Assembly (NCBI GenBank): GCA_973895155.1
Contig: OZ316894.1
Location: 21,024,451 to 21,088,450 of the forward strand
Direction of reading: 5' to 3'
DNA length: 64,000 bases
Source: Marsupella aquatica
Lineage: Eukaryota > Plantae > Marchantiophyta
The position numbers were made by a program, and so were the translations under genes. Below the pieces are notes generated by a model. The model saw only the letters and a program-made list of their open reading frames with translations. It was not told where the DNA came from and did no database searches. Below, one piece after another: positions 56,066-64,000 of the stretch (positions are counted from its first letter, which is position 1; each line of letters starts with the position of its first letter).

Positions 56066-57477
56066 TATCTATTTAAAATTGTTTTTGCTTATTTTATTTT
56101 ATGGGTTTATGTTTATTATTTCTTGTAATTAACTCTTTTGCCAAATTTCTTTAAAAAATGATGGATGTCTTTACACATGAAGGTGTCATTTGATAATAGC
56201 ACCTGATGCTTTTATCAATCAATACATGTTTTTTTTGCATCTAGAGCTATTATGATTTTTCCTAGATTTAATCCAAGAGTTTAATCTTCATGACCTATAA
56301 ACACATTAAATTAGGCCAATTTGTATAGTAGAGTATGACATTACTATCATATTTTTCTTGTTCTATGCTAAATATTTTGGGGTCACAAGAGAGCATCAAA
56401 CTTTAATCCTATTGTAGTTCAAAACTTTTCTCATTTTTTTAAGCACCTCACCCTCTTATGAGAATAATTTAAAAGTTATTCTAAGAACTTTTGTGAAGAT
56501 AACAACAACCCACATTTATAGAATCAACAACTTCAAAAATAAATGATGTTTGTGGTTTGAAAAAATAACTTTAATAGTAGTCAAATTAATATTTTTCCAA
56601 ATCTCTTGCGAAACAAAGATTAAGATTAGACTTGGTTTTCTAATTTCATCCCATTTGTGTATCTATCCGTCACATGGGTTCAAAATTTTTTGTTACCTAT
56701 GTGAAGTTATATCCGTACATTGATATTTATGTTTGAAAAGTTACAAAAAAATCAATGAGATTTTCCTAATAAAGGTTTGATATAATTAGAAATTAGATAT
56801 AAACAATCCTTTCACATGAAGATTTTTTTGGCCAAGATCATGCCCTTACATAAGCACTATTTTGATCATCTTGATGATGATGTACACTTTAAGTCTTCTT
56901 CTTAGAATTCAAAGAGGATCGGATTTGGCCAAATGCAAGATATACGCACTTGGTTTGTAGGACAAATATATTGCATTATTGTAAGCTTTCAACAAATATA
57001 GAAATTTATTGTATGTTAATTGTAAATCTTATCACTATGTAAAGACTGTGATGGTTTTTGGTTTGCATCAAGAGAGGGTGCACCAAAATGCTAAATATCC
57101 ACTGAAAAAATATTAAATTACAATAAACCATGCACATTTTGTTTGCCTAACATGTGATATAATTTGCTACTTATAATCCTTGCAACTAATAATTGTAAAG
57201 ACATATTATTGTATTTTGGCTAGTGCCCGATGCTAGCAATCTTATGCTGATGACCCATTATGATAAATTAAAGTAAGGTTTTTTGAAGACAAAAAAAGGT
57301 GGCCTAGAATATAGAATATTTTCAAAAGTTATGTATCGGCGCATTGTGTTGCATTTGAACTTGCATTTTGCTGTGACCAGGCTCGGTGAAACATCGGCAA
57401 AATGGGAGAAAATTGGGCAGACATGCTGCGTAAAATCAAGAATTTAAAAGAAAACAAAGATAAGTACGGGAACAAGT

Positions 57478-59158
57478 CAAGGAGGATGCCTCCGTGTGGG
57501 CTCCTCCTTACATCAGTGTGGTATCAGGAGAGCTAATTCAGTTATTGAAGGGGGCCAGCCCCTTTCTAATTAACCTTTTTTAGTGTCGTAAGTAGTAATA
57601 CCTGTTATATTTTCGTGAATCTATTGGCTGTCAAACTTGGCAAAACCAGAGCTCAAATCAGAGCTCTATGCAATAGAGTTTTTGCTTCAAGAAACTCTAG
57701 TGCACATTGTGCAAATAAATATATTTTGTTTAGTAGGACTAGAAGATGCAAATGGCTCCTTAGAAAATATAAAAATTTGAGCCAAGAATTGTCCAATCAA
57801 TACGTTCTATGACCTGCCTACTTTAACTTATTCAAAATTAAATAAAGTTAGAGTTATCCTATCTAGAAAGTACTATTTATGATGTTATTGTAAGGTGTGT
57901 TTGAATTAAACAAGGTGTTTACTTGCCTTTGGTGAGAGATAAAGCAAGTGAAATGGGGAGGGATTCCCTAGTCATTTAACATTTGAATTTAATAATGTGT
58001 TGTATTGTCTTGGATGAGAGAAAGCTATTGATGTGGCATAAAAGGGGACAAATGATAACAATACCCAATTGGAATCAGGTATGGTGACAGTTCATGTACT
58101 TATAATGTATAATACAATATTTTGTGATTCAAATGGAGTAAGTTAACTTTGGATCCCTCCATCTATTTGGAGTGGCTCTCTATTTAAGTGACACACTAGT
58201 TGATTTATAAACCATAATCATTGTAAACTTTCAACCAATGGATATATAAATTACACTGCATGGTTGTATAGAGTACAAGTGTAGTTGCCTAGTTGAGCTT
58301 GAAAATATAAAACTTTCACATGCAAACAATGGGCCGTGCTAATAAAGAAAAAACCTACCTACTGAAAACAAAGAAATTAAAGGGGTTGAACTAAATTAGT
58401 AAAGTGAAAATAATTCATATGAGAAGCATATAATAAACTAAATTAATATGAAAACACATTGCAAATAATTTGAAAAGACAAAATAGCCAAACTATGTTTG
58501 ATCATATAGCAGACTCAAAAACAATTTGCGCCAAGAATTGCCCCATCAGTATAATCTACTGGTACTAGGCACTAAGGTGTCATTTGATAATAGCACATAC
58601 TACTTTTATCAATCAATGCATCAAATAAATATGATTTATAATAGCACCTAGTGCTATTATACATTCTACAATAAATTTTAGGACTATTGAGATAACCAAT
58701 AGGCACTAAATTAGGGATTATATCATATTAATATATTAATTTTGTCTCAATTTTTTTTTGCATCTAGAGCTATTATGAGATTTGTTCCTAGATTTAATCC
58801 AAGAGTTTAATCTTCATGACCTTTAAACACATTAGATTAGGCCAATTTGTATAGTCCAAATTCTTCATTCTTCTCAGCATCTCTTCCCAATTTTCTCCCT
58901 TTTTGCGACCCCAATCTTTGCAGGGAATACGACTCTTAGATGTCAATAAGCTAGAACTCTATTGCAAAGCACTAATTCGAGCTTTGATTTTCCCAAGTTT
59001 GAAAGCCAGTATATTCACTAAAATATAACTGGTAATACTACTAACCACACAAGGAAAAGGTTGATTAGGAAGGGGATGGCCGCCTCTTCAAGAACTGAAG
59101 TTGCTCCCCTGCTACCACACTGATGTAAGGAGGAGCCCACACAGAGGCATCCTCCTTG
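57478..59158. repeat. ~210-bp imperfect inverted repeats (57478-~57688 and ~58948-59158) around AT-rich DNA; foldback/MITE-like
   Basis: caaggaggatgcctccgtgtgggctcctccttacatcagtgtggta... is mirrored by ...taccacactgatgtaaggaggagcccacacagaggcatcctccttg. No clear TSD. Confidence 0.7.
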
Positions 59159-61599
59159 GATGGTTCAGTGTGAACCCTAAACTCCTATTTGCAAACTTGG
59201 GAAAACCAAAGCTCAAATCAGAGCACTTTGCAATAGAGTTCTAGCTTTGAGTAACTCTAGTGCACACTGTTCAAATAAGTATGTCTTGTTCAGTAGAACC
59301 AAAAAATGCACCAAAAAATGCAGGCGGCTTTTACAACAATACAAAAATTTGCGGGAACCATTGGCGGATCAATATAACCTACTGGTCATAGGCCAAAATG
59401 TCGAAAATGAATTGATTTAGAGCCGCTCCATGTACTCGTCAACAACATCTGCCAAACCAGGCATTCTATTTACATCTCTCGAAGAAAAAGACGGTCGAAG
59501 CTGGCCATCCATATTTCAACTCCTTGGCTCCTCTGTCATTAACCTGGCAGTAGTTTACCGAACAAAAAACTCGAGGTTGACATTTCAAGAGAAGGAAACA
59601 CGAGAGAACACAAAGAGAAAGCAGAATCAATTTTTGACGAGGAGCTGTGGTGATGGGGACGAGTAGGACAACCAATGAGGCCGTTGAAACTCCAGGTATT
59701 TTCTTCATTTTCTACTCGCTTTAGGTGGATTCGATCTGAGTCTTCTTCTCTGTTCCAAAAACGCTTCTCTACAAGCGAGACGTCGAAATTCATGCGAACA
59801 AGGCAGATCTGTAACCTTTACAAGACTGACTTCAGATCAATTGCTTGAATTTCTTGTAGACTTTTACGCTGCACTCATGGGTGGTTCTCCTTGTTACTGG
59901 CAGGATCTTGCACCTGCTAGGGCTTGCGCAGACTTCGTTCTTTGTAATTGTGTCCTGCATTGGGTGATAATGGACTTCGTGGGTTGAGCACAAAAGGTCC
60001 CTTTTTGAGATCGTAGAATTCAGTTTGAATATTTGCTCTCTTGAGGTGCAAGTCCACTATTGAAAAGCGTCGGGGTGACATATTCAGCCTGCCTCAAAGA
60101 GTGTGCGGTTGAATTGGCTTTAAAGTGCAATCAGTATTTGTATAGCTACATTGGTAAACTGCCGGCCAAGTTGGTGTTTGATGTTGCTGAAAGAATTCTG
60201 CAGCACATTTTTTGTGATTGCCAGAAAGGTCTTGTACTTCTAGCTTCAATTGTTGGCGAACTGCCTGAGTAGGTTGGGCAGACTACTTTGTTGACATGGA
60301 CGAGAGACTGACAGGACGTCGAAAACTAGTCTGCATTTTGTGCTTGTTGAATTGTATCCTTTCGGCTAGAGTAAGAAATAGAAATTAATTGCTACGTCTT
60401 TACCGTAATTAAACTGAAACACATTTTGCAAAAGAATTACCTCCCGGAATGGGTATTGGCCTAGTGTTGCGGCTGACATCATATCACCATAGAGAAGCAT
60501 ATATTTAGATGTGTTCTCAGAATACCTCGGTACCTGGGTAAGAGAAGGAGTTGTCCAAAATTTGTATTATGTTCCTACAATTGAATAGCATCTTCTTGCT
60601 TTTGTAGGATTACCACAATCATCGGATTGTATACTAATCTTTTGAAACTGGGGCGTGTCTTGTAATGACTTTGCAACACTCGTTTATATTAGGTTTTCCT
60701 TGTTTGGAAGGAAAGGCATGTATGTTGATAAGACCTGATGGAATTGACCCCCAGTATTCCACATTCGGGCTGATTTTACTTTTCTTGGGAGTTGTCTGTC
60801 TCATGGTAGAAACCTTAGAGACTGACAGCAGACATCACATCGAGTTACCGAGGTTGATTTCGATGTGTAGAACACACAATGTTGCAGCTCCTGCCTGGGA
60901 ATGCTAAATGTCGATGTCATCCATTAGCCCTGAGATTGGGCTTAGGTTTGAGATCGTTGATAGTTCACAATAATCATCCAATGACATCGAAGCTCATTCT
61001 ATTTTAATTGTTTGACAATTTATCTTGAGGTAAATATGTTGACTGCGTAAGCTACCAAGACAGTGGCCTCTGCTGATCCTCCGGGCCCACTTAACAAAGC
61101 ACTCTTGAAGAGCTTTCGGTCAAGGAGTGTTCAGAAAACATCGTCCACTGTTGTAGAATTGACCAAGCATTTCGTCACTGGGGTCATTCCCTAATGTTTA
61201 CCTTTAGCTATTGAGATTGAACGCGATCCCCCGGATTGAAGTCCCATCCCGGCCGCGCCTTTTGATTTGATGGTTTGGAATAGTAACCACATCCTGTAGC
61301 TCCCTGCGAGATGAAATGAAGGGTGCAACAGCAAAGAAAATTTGTACTCTGATAGGTGGGTCCCTTATCTGAATCATGAGGCTGGGACGTCAAGCTGACA
61401 ATCTCATTCACAAAAGCCAAACAAAAGCCACTGCACCAAAAGATGAGTTCCTACAGGATCAAATTAAGTTGTCAATCCAGGTTTTGCACAAGACTGTTTT
61501 TTTCTCTTTCTAGCCTCTCAAACTAGCTTATGCACTTTTGGGGTCCCCAGATTGCGATCGATGGGGCTGATTCCTCTTCAACATATCTATCTCCGCAAA

Positions 61600-62511
61600 A
61601 AAGGCCTCCGACATATCTATCTATTAAGACAGCGATGACACAGAAGCTCATGAAGTACAAAACGGCCCACCAGTGAATTGAACTGACGGCATTGGTCCCC
61701 AACCAATTTTGCCAATTGCCTATAACTAGTAAGTTGACCAACGTGACCATTCCTGTTGCGTAATCGTTGAAGTTGTGCACCAGGTAGCACTCTCTTCCAT
61801 GGGTGTTCCTATCACATTAGGATTACCCTCATACACCAGCCCGCCAATTGTGTGGACCCCAGTCAGTGGTGCAGTCGATACACAACAGGAGAAAGATGAT
61901 GCCCAAATATGGTAGAAGATCGGGAATCAAGTTCAGGATTGTCGTCAACTTCACTCCGAATATTTCCATCAGACACCTATACAAGTTGCAGAAGACTTGC
62001 TATCAGAAGATATCGAATCCACTCTGAGTTTAAGATAAGGGAGACCACTCTGAATGCCAGTGTCTTTCCAATAACTATGATCCAAGTGATGCAGTAATCG
62101 AATCTGTTTGTCCCTGACCGACAGTAGTTGGTGAACGACACAAATACTTTCAGGACCAACTCCACCAGATGAATCGATCCAAAGCTTAGCTCAACTCCTT
62201 GGCAGACATTTTAATCCACATCATCCTCTAAATCCAATGTTGTCTCGATAATAGCAAAAATCAAGTTCAGGGCCAGCATTCCTAGTATAACATCCTCAAA
62301 AGTCTAAGCATTCGGTAAAATACTAAGAATTGTAGAACGCTGGGAACTCTTCAAGTCATTAAGGCTGGTCATTCTAATCAAAATTTGAGTGACATTGCAG
62401 CGCAAAGACCTGTCATCCCTGTCATCCAAGGAAATAAAGACTGCTTCCAGGTCCTCATCCTTAATTTGTGGTCCTGTACGTGTTCAGCTGCTTGAAAAGC
62501 CTTGAACACTG
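61600..62511 (-). pseudogene. TPC1: Intronless two-pore channel 1 pseudogene fragment (EF-hand linker to domain II)
   Basis: QCSRLFKQLN, IKDEDLEAVFISLDD, LNLIFAIIETTLD, NRFDYCITWIIVIG, EWIRYLLIA, PYLGIIF and NFNDYATGMVTLVNLLVIGNWQ appear in TPC1 order, with stops and frameshifts and no room for introns. Confidence 0.82.
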
Positions 62512-62855
62512 ATGAAGATCCAAGTAAAAGACAAAAAATTGTTGTCATTTACCTTGTGTGATAGGCTCCTCCACACCAGACTTCCTGCTTCCCGATTGTT
62601 TGTCATATGAAGGATTGAGAATGGCTTTACTGCTCGTGGACGAAGCATTCTTTCAGCCTAGTAAGGGCTAGTTCCACCTCAAAGTTTCTGTCAAAGAACT
62701 GCCATCTCTGAGGGCTCCAAAATAACCTCCCAAGATTTTTGCTTTTAATGTATGCCCTTCATCATGGAAGCAACGATGATCTCATTATGTCTGGGCTGCA
62801 AGTGAGTTCTGTTAACACTCGCTTTCGAGCCAGCCCAACACAGGTTTTAATTTGG

Positions 62856-64000
62856 TCACCAGTAATCACCACAAGAACACACACCATCTTTGAAATGGTG
62901 AAAGCGATTTGCATCCCTCGCTATAATTTCGCGTCCTGTCACCTTAGACATAAACTTGGTTGCTGTATGGCAATCTGGACACACCCGAAGGTTCTTCCAT
63001 ACACGAATTGGTCTTCCCCGAGGTATGTGCATAAGTCCGTAAGCAATAGCCAGCTTCTCACTATGAGAGCAAAGCGCTAGTTCTTTATCCTCCTCATTGA
63101 TATCATGCAACACAAGCCGTGTATCCGGAATGTAGCCTTCAGCCTTCAGTTTTTCCGTCAATCTATTGAGCTCAGTGTATATCGCCTTCGCTTCTGGATG
63201 AGATGTATCCCCTACAACAAATTCATGGACCTTGTTATTAACTCCAATCCAGCTACGCCCTGGCTCCTTCCGAACACCGCTCTCGTGCATCATAGTGCGA
63301 ACCAAAGACACCTTCTCCCACTTGCCAGCTGCAGCATACATGTTCGACAGAAGCACATAGGTAGATGCCTTACTGGGTTCCAACTTGAAAAGTTTGTCGG
63401 CGGCAAGTTCGCCCAACTGCACGTTAAGGTAAGTTCTACAAGCCCCAAGCAAGGCTGTCCAAGTTACTCGATCTGGTTCAACTGACATGTCGCTAATGAA
63501 GAGATGAGCTTCTTCCAAGTGCCCGGCCCGCCCAAGAAGATCCACCATGCAGTTATAGTGCTGAATGTCAGGCTCGATGCCATAATCTTGCCTCATAGCT
63601 GAAAAGAGTCTACAGCCATCATCAATAAGGCCTCCGTGACAACAGGCTGACAACACTGCCACGAATGAAGCCCTGTCGGGCTTCACACCGTCTGCGGTCA
63701 TTTTCCTAAAGAGTTCCAGGGCTTCATTCCCGCATCCATGTTGTGCAAGTCCACCGATCATTACAGTCCAGGTGACTACGTTGCGTTGCTCCATTCTGTC
63801 AAAAACCAGTCGGGCGTCATTGATGCTGCCACTCTCTGCATACATGTGAACCAGTGCACTGCCCACACGCAAATCCAACTCCAGTCCAGCTTTGCTAGCA
63901 TGGCCATGAACCTCCTTCACCCACTCCAAAGCCCCCTCACTTGCAGATGCATTCAGGATACTTAGATAAGTGATTGAATTTGGTTCGAAGCCTTCGCGTC
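62856..64000 (-). CDS. PLS-class PPR protein with E/E+/DYW deaminase domain (organellar C-to-U editing factor); 5' end lies beyond the window
   Basis: Frame is open to the window edge (REGFEPNSITYLSILNAS...). L/S/P repeats, E domain TWTALLGAC, PG box KEPGRSWI, HSEKLA, CPDCH and terminal CSCGDYW. Confidence 0.96.
   Translation of the reverse strand, partial: REGFEPNSITYLSILNASASEGALEWVKEVHGHASKAGLELDLRVGSALVHMYAESGSINDARLVFDRMEQRNVVTWTVMIGGLAQHGCGNEALELFRKMTADGVKPDRASFVAVLSACCHGGLIDDGCRLFSAMRQDYGIEPDIQHYNCMVDLLGRAGHLEEAHLFISDMSVEPDRVTWTALLGACRTYLNVQLGELAADKLFKLEPSKASTYVLLSNMYAAAGKWEKVSLVRTMMHESGVRKEPGRSWIGVNNKVHEFVVGDTSHPEAKAIYTELNRLTEKLKAEGYIPDTRLVLHDINEEDKELALCSHSEKLAIAYGLMHIPRGRPIRVWKNLRVCPDCHTATKFMSKVTGREIIARDANRFHHFKDGVCSCGDYW

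Noticed and set aside
59400-61500. Short ORFs as a protein-coding gene
   Set aside because: All are under 90 aa with no motif or consistent exon chain; possibly UTR or non-coding.

Overview
Eukaryotic nuclear DNA from a land plant, most likely a bryophyte with organellar C-to-U editing, since it carries a canonical PPR-DYW gene. There are three intact-looking host genes: an MS5/TDM1/SDI1-family TPR gene (+, 2218-5304), a 12-exon PRP4 kinase gene (-, 35333-28815) and a 5'-truncated PLS-class PPR-DYW gene (-, >64000-62856). An intronless TPC1 pseudogene fragment lies just downstream of the PPR gene. The intervals are filled with nested, decayed mobile DNA: (i) a 13.7 kb PIF/Harbinger-superfamily element (9491-23204, AG..CT TIRs, ACT TSD) holding a full-length Ty1/copia element and a related solo LTR; (ii) a decayed Crypton/DUF3504-like tyrosine recombinase gene (~38.6-41.2 kb); (iii) an ~11 kb TIR element (44659-55720). 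The third is the most striking. It carries a Mutator-like DDE/SWIM transposase and a divergently oriented gene encoding a ParB/Srx-like domain plus a beta-class DNA amino-methyltransferase-like domain. About 16 copies of a 15-bp palindrome, TAGCGCCNGGCGCTA, lie in its introns and intergenic DNA, and the element sits in the centre of one palindrome of a tandem array built on the same core. All family calls come from motif recognition by eye; no database searches were run.
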